A stretch of DNA of 64,000 bases from Gekko japonicus (GCF_001447785.1 NW_015172148.1:1-64000); one strand, 5' to 3'. Positions 12,648-25,100 are shown, numbered from the stretch's first letter. The notes: generated from the sequence alone by a model not told the origin. Program-made: numbers and translations.

Positions 12648-14456
12648 ACCCTCGGTTTCTGGCTTTGGCTCCCTTAATGGCGGCCACGTTTTCCCGGAGC
12701 TCTGGGAGACGTGTGCCTTGAATCAGCAGATGGGAGGGGATGCGATGGTATGCATCCCCCTCAAAGCCCTTGCGTTGGGCTCCTAGCCATGAGGCGCTTG
12801 GATGGTCCTTCCTCCGGCAAACAGCCGGTGAAGGGAGGCCGGTCCCCTGCCCTGATGGTCCCGCTGCTGATTTCCATAAATGGACACAGGGACGCATACC
12901 AGGACAAGCGCTTGGTGGCCAGGCGAGTGATTGTGAAAGGCAAGCTCTACGCTGAAAAGTGAGTGATGGTATAAGCAAAGACACCAGAAACCAAGCTGAA
13001 AGTCCCCCCTTAACCAAATCAGGGGGGGGGAAACTCCCCCTTGAAAGGAAAAAAGCTGAACTGACAAATGAAATATAAGGTGAGGATGGAATATAAAGCT
13101 GTTTTGACTAGAATAAGGAACTTTTGAGAACTTACCAAGCGGCATCAAAGGATTTTGAGACTTTTGTAACTTTTTCTAAAAAGTAAACAACTCTCAAACA
13201 TGGCGCCTCCGAGGAGGGAGGAGAAGGATAAACAACTGAAACTGAGGTTTCCTGCCGGAAATGCCAGCCCAGCAAGTTCTGTCCCTAGACAGGACAATAC
13301 CATAGACTTCCAGAATATGCTGACTGAGGCTTTGCGCCCTCTGCTGGAAAAAATGCAATCGCTTCATGTGAAATTCGATGCACAACAAAACCAGTTAAAT
13401 GAGACGTCTAAAAAAACAGAGAAAGTGGGACAAGAGCTGAAAGAAGTGGATGCCAACACCCAGAAGCTTAAAAACCAAATGCAGGTGATGGGAAAAAAGA
13501 GAGCAACTGATGAGGTTCAACTATTACAGCTGCAAATGGAAAAGGCAAGCTATGTCTTAAGATTCCAGGGAGCTCCTGAATCAAAAGGAGATTTGAAGCA
13601 GATTATTTGTGATGCATTGGGTCTGGTTACAGATTTAAAAGCGGACTTTCTACAAGGCGAAATAATACGATCTATAGATCATACTCTGACTTTATAAGGA
13701 AAAATAATCTGCCCGGCGAGATTGTGGTGAGATTCTCCAGGGGACAAGTGAGAGACCAAATACTGAAAGCAACAAACGGAGCTACCCTGAAAATCAAAGG
13801 CAAAGAAATAAAAGTTTTGAAGAACATTACATTTGAAATAAGGAAGAAGAGAAAGAAATATAGAGACTTGGCACTGTTTTTACAGAAAAACAATGTCCCC
13901 TACAGATGGAATCTCCCTGAAGTCATCCTCTTCAAATTTAAAGACAAGAAAGAAAAAATTGACTTTGTTGTAAAGGCACGTGAATTTCCACAATGACAAG
14001 CCGGCCCAGCAGAGGAAGAGGATAAAGAAAAAGGCAGCAGCAAGGAAAGTGAAGAAGGAGGCCAGGCATCCTCTGATGAGGACTCAGCTTTGGAACTGGG
14101 AGCAGCTGCTCCTAAAACAAGCTATCGACTGAGAAATAAAAAGGACAAAAAATTAGTTATAATTGTTCTCTAGATCCTGTTTTAAACAAACTTTATTTCT
14201 CTTTAGAGATCTTTATATAAATGTTGTTGGAGACTCTAGTACAAGCAAGAAGAAATGTGTACTCACTTAATGTAGCAAAGTATAAGCATTTTTACCTATA
14301 AGTTAATTTTGTAAGCTTTGTAAATGACCACCATCTCTTGGATTTTTAGGTGTTTTGCTTTACTTTCTCCCGTAGTTTGTAGCTTCCCTCCCTTGTTTCT
14401 TTGTAATTTATAGAAAATGCAATAAAAAATCCCCTATGGGGGGCTCAAAAAAAAAA
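12648..14456 (+). mobile_element. ORF1-only L1-derived retroposon (HAL1-like), apparently full length, inserted in a CR1 3' end
   Basis: 11-bp TSD agaaatacctc (12637-12647, 14457-14467); ORF1p-like coiled coil plus LRFQG..E and IVVRF..RD.IL motifs at 13200 to about 14150, with a frameshift and a stop; AATAAA at 14421 and poly(A); no ORF2. Confidence 0.85.
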
Positions 14457-14909
14457 AGAAATACCTCCCACTCCACACCCCCAGTGACCCCTGCTCCATG
14501 GCCAGAAGATGGCCAAAAAACCCCCTCCAGGACCCCAAAGTAGTGATCAGCATTTCCCTGGGCAGGTATGAAAGGACCATGAGAACTAAGCACTGATACA
14601 ACCCTTCCTGCCCTCCCTCTCAGGATCTGCCTAAGTTCACAGAATCAGCATTGCTGTCAGATGGCCATCTAGCCTCTGTATGAAAACCTCCAATGAAGGA
14701 GAGCCCACCACCTCCTGAGGAAGCCTGTTTTACTGAGGAACCACTTTAAGAGTCAGGAAGTTCTTCCTAATGTTTAGCCCAAAACTCTTCTGATTTAATT
14801 TCAACCCATTGGTCTGATTTCAATGAAATGGAATGCCCCTTCTCCCTCCTTCTATATACCCATAAATACTGTTTTATCTGGGCAGCATCATTGTTAGGGT
14901 TGCCACTGG

Positions 14910-15114
14910 CAGTGTTCCCTCTAAGCTGAGATGGAGTGAGCTAGCTCACAGTTGTTTAGCCTCCGGCTCATACATTTTTTCTTAGCTTAGGAAGGATGGC
15001 TCCAGAGCAAACTAATTTATGCTTTAGCCAAATTGCTCACTCACAACTTTAATGCCAGTAGCTCACAAAGTAGAATTTTTGCTCACAAGACTCCACAGCT
15101 TAGAGGGAGCATTG
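14910..15114. mobile_element. hAT-like MITE (TIR cagtgttccctctaagctg)
   Basis: Terminal inverted repeats; same family at 25392-25597 and 41388-41582. Confidence 0.75.
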
Positions 15115-15337
15115 GTTGCCAGCCCAAGACTGGCAACTGGAGGAAGCTTACCTGGGAGGGGAGCCCTTGCCAGCAATGTTGTGATGTCGCTACTGGCACA
15201 GAAGTGACATCATCATGGAGGGATGACACTCTAGCAATCAGCCAAAACTCTGGTTTATGGTTTAACCATAAAATTCAAGGTGATTACTAGAGCATTGCCC
15301 AACATGATGGCATCGCTTCCGGGTCACCTAAGACAGT

Positions 15338-15710
15338 TGTAAAGTACTGAGACTGACACATCTCTCAGAGATTTCTGCTCATACTTTACTTAGTGATTTC
15401 AGAACAGAGATACGAGGCAAGCCCGAGGGCTGCTTCAAAGCACATCAAAAACCACACCCCAACACCCGCTCTGCGGGGAGGGCGGGGTATAAATCTTAAT
15501 AATAAATAAATAAAATAAACACACCCCTACACCCGTGATTGGCTTATTTACATAATCATATGATTGATAGGGTTCCTGGAGGATCCGGATTAGCCAATTG
15601 GCTGCTCCTAGGATCCTTCGCACCCATGGTTCTTGGGAGCTAAGCTCGGGCTATTCGGGAGACCGCGTGTTCAGTTCAACCACATGCACGGTCTCCGTTG
15701 GAACACACCA
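15338..15710 (-). mobile_element. Probable Gypsy solo LTR
   Basis: Starts tgtaaagtactgagac, like the LTRs at 34462 and 37884; ends imprecise. Confidence 0.5.
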
Positions 15711-16283
15711 CCAGTGATCCCCCTCATTTCCCTAGGGAATTTTTTTTCCCATTACCCTGTTGAGCAGCAGGAAGAAGAGCCAACAGGAGAATGTGGCCTT
15801 CCTGATTTTGCTGTCACTATAGTGCAACAAACCTACAGTTGCGAGTGTCTGGTGAAATCTGGAGCAGAGAATGAACTTTTGTTTGTGGAAATGTAGCCTT
15901 CGCCTAGCAAGGAATTAATTCCTTAGCTAAGAAAAGGCAGGAGGGTTCTGCTAGTCTGGTATGCAATATAATAGCAGTGCGGGCAAATAAACATGGGAGA
16001 GTAAAAAGGTATTTCTGCATGGGGGCCGGAGCAATTCAGATGTTGTGTTATTCCCTACCAGTTTTGTACAAATGCATGGAAGTTTTTAAAAGGTTGCAAC
16101 ACTGTACTATTTCTGAGCCATTCTATGCATGTGCCAAACATTTTTTTTAATGAAAAAGGGTAGGCAGAGAATCATGATGGTGGCCTGACATAGGGAAATG
16201 CAGGGGGGAGGAAACAGATTGCCCTATGGCTAGTACAAATTATGCAACAATCAAAATAAGTGACAAGACCACCCTTGTGTGGA

Positions 16284-16468
16284 GGGGTCATGGCTCAGTG
16301 GCAGAGCATCTGCTTGGCATGTAAAAGTTCCCAGGTTCAATCCCTGGCATCTCCAGTTAAAGGATCTGGCAGTAGGTGATGTGAAAGGCCTCCACCGGAG
16401 ACCCTGGAGAGCCACTGCCAGTCTGAGTAGGCAATACTGACCTTCATGGACCAACGGTCTGATTCAGT
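16284..16468 (+). mobile_element. tRNA-derived SINE (Squam2-like)
   Basis: Box A tggctcagtgg, box B ggttcaatccc, followed by non-tRNA body. Confidence 0.7.
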
Positions 16469-17482
16469 TCATGGTCCCCTAATAGTCTCCTTGCCAGGTT
16501 TCCCCTTTTGTCAGTACATTCTTTCTCAAACCTAGTTTGATAGATCGCTGCAGGAAAATGCAGCCCAAGCATATTAGCAATTCACGTGGACAGGAAAGTT
16601 TTATTAGAAACATAGAAAAAACCCCAAAAGTCATCTAGTCCAAATTCACAGCTACCTCCCCCCCCCCCCCGTGACCCCTGCTCCATGCCCAGAAGATGGT
16701 AAAACTAGCCTGGCCTGGAGGAGATATGCTTCCTGACCCTTTCTTCCTGACCCCGAAATGGCGATTGGCATTACCCTGGGCATATAAGAAAGGGCCACAA
16801 GAGCTGAGCACCTGCTCATTCCTTTCTCCCCTCCCTCTCCTGATCGACCTAAATTCGTAGTGAGCCATAGAATCAGCATTGCTGCCAGATGGCCATCTAG
16901 CTTCCACTTACAAACCTCCAAAAAAGGAAAACCCACCACCTCCTGTGGAAACCCGTTCCACCAGGGAACTGCTCTAACTACCAGGAATTTCTTCCTAAAG
17001 TTTAGTTTAAGGTCCTACCCACGCTGGTACGTTTTCCCTTCGATCAGTCCCTTGTCGCTCTCCTTTTCCCTGCTACACCATCGGTCTGATGGTATCACAG
17101 ACTTTCTAAAAAATCAGTAATTGCTACAGTAGAATAACATTATGATGTATTGCCACAATCTAATAGTTGCTCTGAATCCCCAGCCTCTTTGAGGCATGTA
17201 GTTTTCCTGGGAGATGGTTCTGGGAGAATTCTTGTACATGACAGAGCCAATTTTCCTGAGCATTTGGTCTAAGAAACACTTTTGTTGCTCTTAAGTTTGT
17301 CTTGTCATCATGTGCTGCCACACATAAAACACCAGCAAGTCAGGATAGGTTCTAGCATAGCCCTCTATGTTCATATGCACAACCCTACCCTGCCATGTCA
17401 AATGGCTCAGACACAGAATTACTTCCTCATTAGGTGTTTGCAGAGATAGGCCTTGAAATTCTCCTGCATAGTGCTCTATATC

Positions 17483-17735
17483 GAGTTTGGTGTAGTGGCT
17501 AAGAGCGGGGGACTAATATGGAGAACTAGGTTTGATTCCCCTCTCCTCCACATACAGCCAGCTGAGTTACCTTGGGTCAGTCACAGTTCTCTCAGAGCTC
17601 TCTCAGCCCCACCTACCTCACAGGGTGTTTGTTGTGGGGAGAGGAAGGGAAGGTGATTGCAAGCTTCTCCACTACTCCTTCGGGTAGTGAAGGGTGAGAT
17701 ATAAAACCATTCTTCTTCTCCTTCCTCCTCCTCCT
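17483..17735 (+). mobile_element. Squam3-like SINE
   Basis: tggtgtagtgg..ggtttgattccc head and (ttc/ctc)n tail; further copies at 28574-29055 (-), 48553-48800 and 53510-53790. Confidence 0.8.
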
Positions 17736-18339
17736 CATTTCTTTTTTAGGATGTTTGCTGGTGTATATTATTTAGTGTGTGTGTTGAGAATTTTTAATTT
17801 AAGTTTTGAAGTGGTTTTATGTTAATTTGGCTTGGTACATGCCCAAGGCTGGCCCAGTCTTATCAGACCAATGGTGCCAGCTGGAAATCTCTGTACAAGG
17901 ATAAATGGTGCAATCTAATTTATGCTGTTTTTAAACTGCCTTAATTGTGTTATATTTTATATTTAATATGTACTGAGATTTTTGATATGTTCCAGATATT
18001 GCATTTGTGATCTGCACTGAGCCCGCTTACAGGGACGGCAGAATGTAAATTTAAATAAATAAATAAATAAAATAAAATATCTGAAGCTGAGCAGTGTTGG
18101 CTTTGGTTAGGACTTGAAAGAGAGACCACAGAGTCACTACCCAAGATCACTACCCAGAGGCAGGCGTTGGCGAACCACCTTGAAAACCCTGTGGGGTTGC
18201 TGTGAGTTGGCTGTAACTCGACTGCACTTTATGCACACATCTAAGAATAATTGCGGGACCTTCTTTGGGGAGGAAAGGTGCTTATTTTTGTTTGGTTAAT
18301 AAGAGTGAGAATTTAAAGAGCCAGTGAGGTGTAGTCGTT

Positions 18340-20246
18340 TGTTGTGTATTGTGTCACTTGTAAGTGCAGAATGCCTGAGCTTCAGCTACAAGCTCCCTTG
18401 ACTCTTGGTATCCTGAAATCTGCAACAGGATTGGTCGGTGTCGGGAGACAGACCAATCAAGACAGTACTTGACTTTTGGTGGGAACAATTCCCATTGGTT
18501 CCAAGCACTCATCTTTGATTGGACGTTATTGCTCTAGGGGGTGTGACTTTCCTGATTCAAACTGTATAGAGTTGGGTCATTCTGTGTGTTATCTTTCTGT
18601 GTTCTTTGCGTTATGAGCTGAATAAAGAAATCACTTGTTGAAACGCTGCCTCGATCTCAGTACATAATACTGGCGACGAGGATGGGATTAAGTGGGTAGG
18701 CAGCCCCACAGAACCTGAGCCAATCACTGCAGCAGGCAAGGAATTGTCACCTTGGTCCTCGGGAGAAGCCAGAGAACACAACCACCTGCCGCTCCAGCGC
18801 AACACTACGATGGCCACCAAGGGCCACTTCGAACCATTCGATTCAGCTACAGAGGACTGGGACACCTACGTCGCCAGGTTTGAGTTCTACAATAGAGCTC
18901 AATAAATTACAGATGCAAATATCAAGAAAGTCACTTTTCTCAGCGTCTGTGGCAAGAACATTTTTGATGTGGCTAAGACATTAGTTGCACCTACTGAACT
19001 TATTGCAATCAAGGCCAAACTAAGTGACCATTGTTCACCTAAGCCTTCAGAGATCGCATGTCGGCACACATTCCACAAATGTGACAAGGCTCAAGGCGAG
19101 TCAATTGCTGAGTATATGACGGCACTTCGAAAAACAGTGCGGCAGTGCAACTTCACAGACTTAAACGATAGACTCCGTTACAGGCTACTGTGCAGCCTGC
19201 AGGATGAAAAGTTACAACAACAGCTTTTTGCCACAAAAGAACTTACATTCCAAACCGCATATGAAGAGGCAATATCTGCAGAAACTGCTGACCAGTTGAC
19301 CAGAGAAGTGCACAAGTCCAGAACTCCACCAACGCCCCACAAGTTGCAGCCAGTGCATCGGGGATCCTTAAAGAATCTGACAGTGAGGATTACTCAGTCT
19401 ACCGAACACAGACTGAGAGGCACAAGCACTTCAGTCAACGATCACAATGCACCAGTTGTGGTGGCAACCACAAGTGCTGTATTGGTTCCGCGAGACCCAG
19501 TGTCGGGATTGCGGGAAGGTTGGGCACCTTGCCCGGGTCTGCTGCTCGTCTAAAGCCAAGACGTCACTCAAGATGTCACTGAGAACGTCATGTAGTAGAT
19601 TTCGATCGTCGTCAAAGGACACTACTACATCTGACAACTACCATGTGGCGAACAACTGCATCTACCACTTGTCAGTGTACGGCTCTCAGCTCCAAACAAG
19701 AAACAAAATCAAAGTGACCATGGTCCTCAACAACACTCCCTGTGAGATGGAGGTCGATTTGGGATCGGCGCTCACCATCATATCCAGGCAGACTCTACAC
19801 TGGCTCTTTCCCAGATGGAACAAATGACGGCTCAAGCCTTGCAATTTCCACCTAGTTGATTTCCAGAGACAGTGCATCCCTGTTGCAGGAATCGGCAAGT
19901 TCAGGGTTCGCAATAAAAAGTCTATGGCTGGAGGGGGGAGGGGTGTTGTGTATTGTGTCACTTGTAAGTGCAGAATGCCTGAGCTTCAGCCACAAGCTCC
20001 CTTGACTCTTGGTATCCTGAAATCTGCAACAGGATTGGTCGGTGTCAGGAGACAGACCAATCAGGACAGTACTTGATTTTTGGTGGGAACAATTCCCATC
20101 GGCTCCAAGCACTCATCTTTAATTGGACCTTATTGCTCTAGAGGGTGTGGTTTTCCTGATTCAAACTATAAAGTTGGGTCATTCTGTGTGTTGTCTGTCT
20201 GTGTTCTCTGCATTATGAACTGAATAAAGAAATCACTTGTTGAAAC
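18340..20246 (+). mobile_element. Internally deleted Gypsy LTR element (gag-protease only)
   Basis: 5' LTR about 18340-18669; PBS tggcgacgaggatgggatt at 18671-18689 (tRNA-Ser GCT 3' end); gag with CRDCGKVGHLARVC; protease MEVDLGS; PPT 19931-19943; truncated 3' LTR from 19944. Confidence 0.9.
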
Positions 20247-20305
20247 ATGCAATCTAATTTATGCAGTTTTTAAACTGCCTTAATTGTGTTCTATTTTATA
20301 TTTAA

Positions 20306-21239
20306 CTAGGAATAAGGCCCATTGTGGAAATAAATACAATGAGCACTAGAAAGAGGCTCTGGGAGAGTGCCAAGGCCATGGACACTCAGAATCAAGTTGC
20401 CATGGCAACCTCAGCAGGGTATAAGGACACAGAGTCCACCATTTTCTCCAAGGGAACGGATCAATGCCATCTGGAGAGCAGTTGTAATTCTGAGTGATCT
20501 CCAGCCCCCACCTGGAGATTGGCAACAGTGGTTCCCCATTACGGAACGGCTGGTTTGGAGGGCAGAGTTTATGGCATTGTATCTGTCTGAGGCCCCACTC
20601 CTCCTCAAACCTCACCCTCTCAAGGCTCCATCTCTCAAATCTCCAGGATTTTCCTATCTGGAGTTGGCAACCCTATCTATTTCCCAGCCAAGCATCAACC
20701 TCCATTTCTCCCTCATTGATCAGCTTTCCATCTCCCGCCCACCAGCAGCCGCCACCGTGCCTTGAAGCCCTGACTGCCACATATCTGTGGCCGTAATGGG
20801 GTGACTGCTGGCACCTTTTCCTATCATTTTTTGCCTTGTGGTATTCTGCTTGTGGTGTGATCTGTCTTTTTTGTGGTGTGGCATGATTGTGTTTTTGGGT
20901 CTGTTTCTTTTGAAGGGGAAGTGATGTGTTGTGAGTGAGGACATATTTTACCTCAGAATACACCAGGTCCCATATGCAACTGACAGTTCCAACTGTCTTG
21001 CGGGGGGGGGGAGTTTGAGGTGCGGAATGGAGTGAAGTCCAATTAGGTTCCATATGCAAATGACCTTGAATTGCTGGCCCAATCAGAGAAGAATGGCCTA
21101 GGCTGCAGTGGGTGGGAGAGAACTCAGGCAACAAAGCCAGTGGATAGAGAAACCTTGTGATTGACACATCACGGAGCCAACTGATTTTGTAGTGCATAGA
21201 ACGTTGTGGGACCACTACTCAATTATTTATAAGGAGAGA
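20306..21239 (-). mobile_element. Non-autonomous Helitron
   Basis: On the minus strand starts TC and ends CTAG; subterminal hairpin gctcattgt/acaatgggc; inserted between A and T with no TSD; empty site atttaa|tatgtactg at about 17961-17975. Confidence 0.85.
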
Positions 21240-22075
21240 TATGTACTGAGATTTTTGATATGGTCCAGATATTGCATTTGTGATCTGCACTGAGCCTGCT
21301 TACGGGGATGGCAGAATGTAAATGTAAATAAATAAATTAAATAAATAAAATCTCTGAAGCCGAGCAGTGTCAGCTTTGTTTAGTACTTGAAAGAGAGACC
21401 ACAGATCCACTACCCAGGATCCCTACCCAGATGCAGGCGTTGGCGAACCACCTTGAAAACCCTGTGGGGTTGCTGTGAGTCGGCTGTAACTCGACTGCAC
21501 TTTATGCACACATCTAAGAATAATTGCGAGACCTCCTTTGGAGAGGAAAGGTGATTCTGATTGTTTGATTAATAAAGACTGTATAAACACTAAAACAATC
21601 AAAGTTTTAAAATCATAGAAGCTATGCTACCAGTTTTGTAGTTCTATGTCAGACAACTAGAAACGACCTTGGATCTAACTTTTCTGGCTGCAAGCACAAA
21701 AAGTGCTACCTTGTGAGTAACCAGGGGATACATGTCTGAGCTTGATTAATAAGAGTAAGAATTTAGAAAGCCAGTGAGGTGTAGTGGTTCAAGCCGTGGT
21801 TAGAGCAGGACATGTGCTGGAAACCTGGGCTCAAATCTGAATTAGCCTTGAAGCCCCCAGTTGACCTTGGCTTAATCTCTCTCTCCCCCCTCCCCTCTCC
21901 CAGCCAAACACCTAAGAGGCTTGTTTGAGTTTTAAATGAGGGAGCGTAGAATCATGCAGTTTGCATGACTGCATGAAGCTCCTTGGAGGAAACAGAAGAC
22001 AAAAATGTGTAGATGGGCTTACTGTTGAAATTCAACCTATTAGATCCAATTTACTCATGTTTCCCTTCCCTCCAG

Positions 22076-22353
22076 GCAACTGTTCAGGATCTGACATCCC
22101 TAGTCTTCTCTCATCTGGCACTTCTGGTCTTGGTTCTGTCATGCATGACCATGCGGAGGTGAAGATGGAACCTCTTTGGAAAGTAGCGGACAATGGGTAC
22201 CAAATCAATAACAAGTATGACGCCAAATACAAACCTCGACATGTGCGTGAGATCATCTTTAAAGCAAAGGCAGCCGTGGGGACAAAGATGTCCTATAACT
22301 TCTGTGAGCATTTTGTCACTAATCTACGTTATGGCATCCCTTTCAGTGACCAG
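22076..22353 (+). CDS. PLAAT module A, catalytic Cys exon (..INNKYD..MSYNFCEHFVTNLRYG..SDQ)
   Basis: Acceptor tccag and donor gtatgt; 278 bp, in frame with the 103-bp exon; NNKYD and CEHFV..LRYG..SDQ motifs. Confidence 0.88.
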
Positions 22354-22910
22354 GTATGTAGACCCTCTTCAGGTATGCATACAAAGTTTGGTTTCTGGCA
22401 ACCGGTGGGAGCTTGGGTGGGAAGGACATGGGGATGTGGCATCCTGTGCTCCATGGCATCACTTCTGGGAAAACACGGAAGTAACATCATGCTGCTCTGG
22501 GAATCTCTGGAAATGCCATTGAGTTTCCTGTTACTCCTAGGGGTATGTGACCTGATTTCTGGGTAAACCAGGAAGTGATGTCATGACAAACACAAAGCTG
22601 TCATTTTTAAAAAAGAAATTCTCCCAGTGGGAAGTCCCTTGCAAACATAATGTACAGACAGTCTCTGCAACTGATATTGAACTTGGGCATAGGGTCCTCT
22701 TGGATGGCTTCCACATGGGGATGTGATTTTGTGGCTTCCCTGTTGCTGGTGCAGCTGCAGATAAAATGCAGCAGCCATGAAGTCTTCCCGTGGCAGGTTT
22801 CCTCACAGTCACCCAACCCCAGTCCCTCAGAAATAGACACCTCATCCACTGGACAACTAGAACTTCTGCAATTAAAAAAAAATCAGCACTAGAATATTGT
22901 TATATTGATA

Positions 22911-23920
22911 CTAGGAATAAGGTTCGTTGTGGAAATAAATACAATGAGCTCTAGAAAGAGGCTCTGGGAGAGTGCCTTTCACACTCAGCGTCAAATTGCT
23001 GTGGCGACCTTAGCAGGGTATAATGACATAGAGTCCATCATTTTCTCCAGAGGAACTGATCTCTGCCATCTGAAGAGCAGTTGTAATTTTGAATGACCTC
23101 CAGCCCTCACCTGGAGATTGGCAACAGTTGTTACCCAGGAGGAAATGGCTGGTTTGGAGAGTGGAGTCTATGACATTGTACCTGTCTGAGGTCCAACCCC
23201 TCCTCAAACCCCACCCTCTCCAGGCTCCACCCCTCAAATCCTCAGGAATTTCCCAACCTGGAGTTGGCAACACCATGTCCTTCCCAGCCCCTTTGACTGC
23301 AGCTGACTTCTACCTTCCGTCCTGGAGATCAGTTGTAATTCTGAGTGATCTCCACCCCTCACCTGGAGATTGGCAACAATGGTTCCCCGGGAGGAAATGG
23401 TTGGTTGGGAGGGTGGGGTTTGTGGCATTGTATCTGTCTGAGGTCCTACCCCGTCTAAAACCTCACCCTCTCCTGGCTCCACCCCGCAAATCTCCAGGAA
23501 TTTCCCAACCTGGAGTTGGCAACTATATCTGCTTCCCAGCCAAGCACCGACCTGTCATTATCTGCCCCTGAATTCAGCTTTTTATCTCCTCCCTCCCTCC
23601 CTCCCTCCCTCCTGGAGATCAGTTGTAATTCTGATTTGTCTCCAACCCCCACTTGGAGATTGGCAACAATGGTTCCCCAGGAGGGAATGGCTGGTTGGGA
23701 GGGTGGAGTCTATGGCATTGTACCTGTCTGAGGTCCCACCCCTCCTCAAACCTCACTCTCTCCAGGTTCCATCCGTCAAATCTCCAGGAATTTTCCATCT
23801 GGAGTTGGCAACCCTATCTCCTTCCCAGCCAAACATCAACCTACCTTTATTTTCCCCTCTTCAGCTTTCCATCTCCCCCCCACACACCTGCAGCCTCTAC
23901 GGTGCTCTGAAACCCTGACC
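22911..23920 (-). mobile_element. Second copy of the same Helitron, with tandemly amplified internal unit of about 250-290 bp
   Basis: Same CTAG end and hairpin as 20306; unit ..gttgtaatt..ggagttggcaac occurs three times. Confidence 0.7.
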
Positions 23921-24468
23921 TCCATGCCGAATCTTCCTATTTGGAGATGGAATCCCCAGTCTTTGGGGGATCCCTGGAAAGTTGGGAACCCAAGGGTCTG
24001 GCCTTTCCTTGCTTCCCTGGGCCACCCCCTCCCTTTGTTATTGTGCAGAGCAGGGGAGAGTATGTTGTCCGAGCACAACACAGATTATTAGCCCAAATAA
24101 AAGAATGGAGCACACACACACTGTAGGAGTAAGCAGACACCATGAACCAACATGGCATAAATCAATAGGGGTTAAACACAATCCTCTTTCTCTACACACA
24201 ATACTCTGTACCTCTGGAGGTTGTAGGCTCAGGATAGGATCTCTCCTTGGACTGGCCTCTGGCTCTGCTTCAGCTTCTCTCTCTTGCCCAAGAGAGCAGG
24301 GAAACTTCCATTCATTCCCCAGTCCAGCCAACTGTGGAGTGGCTAAATTTCTGCTGCCTCCCAGGGACGAAGACCGCCTTGAGACAGTCCCTGTTTTCCT
24401 GCTCTTTTTGGCCTTGCGGTAGCTGGGAACTGTAGTCCAGCAGATGAGGAAGCCCCATTCAACCCAGT

Positions 24469-25100
24469 GGGTGCGTTCAGACGGGGGCTTTCTGCCGGCA
24501 TAAACTGCACCGGTTGGAACCGGTGCAGTTTATGCCGGCAGAAACGCGATCACACTCACCTCTATTTTGCGATTCCCATCGTTGGACGCCCGCTCACACG
24601 CTGCGGGCGTCGGCTTTTTTTTTTAAAAAAAAGCAGTTTGAGCATGCGCATAGGCAGCCATTCAGAGAATGGCGATTTTTGCGCATGCTCAACCCCCCCC
24701 CCCCCGTAAGAGCACAGTAGCCTCCCGGAGGTCCCCGACGCCTCCGAAATGCTGCAGTAAGGGCTTTTTTAAAAAAAACAAACAAACGCTTAGGGCGAAG
24801 CTTCGCCCAAGCGCATACCGCTAGGAGTCTTTTTTAAAATGGCGGGGAAAAGCCGGAAGCCTCAGGCTTCCGACGGAAGTGGCTAGGCACCGGTGGAGAG
24901 CGATCAGACGCCGGTTTGTATCGGAAACCACCGTTGTACTCTGTTTACCACCACTTTGGACCTAGTGGCAGAGTACAACGGTGTAAAAGGATTTACAACG
25001 GTTAGGGACGGGAGGCAGATGTTCGCCGTGTGAACGCTCGTAAGTACACCGGTTGGAACCGGCACCCTAACCGTTGTAAATCCCCCGTCTGAACGCACCC
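24469..25100. mobile_element. PIF/Harbinger-like MITE
   Basis: 19-bp TIR gggtgcgttcagacggggg / cccccgtctgaacgcaccc; 3-bp TSD agt; CpG-rich, so probably young. Confidence 0.8.

Noticed and set aside
13200-14150. L1TD1-like domesticated ORF1 gene
   Set aside because: Frameshift and stop, TSD and poly(A), absent from the paralogous site
16284-16355. tRNA gene
   Set aside because: Degenerate stems and continuation into a SINE body
18078-18135. 5S rRNA gene (also near 21350)
   Set aside because: Only a partial, heavily diverged 5S-like stretch; more likely the head of a SINE
22600-22900. Private last exon for module A
   Set aside because: No similarity to the 48816 exon and no convincing acceptor, hydrophobic tail and stop; not fully excluded without RNA data
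23010-23830. CRISPR-like array or repeat protein (ORF 23089-23571)
   Set aside because: Eukaryotic context; long tandem units of a dispersed repeat with no repeat-spacer structure
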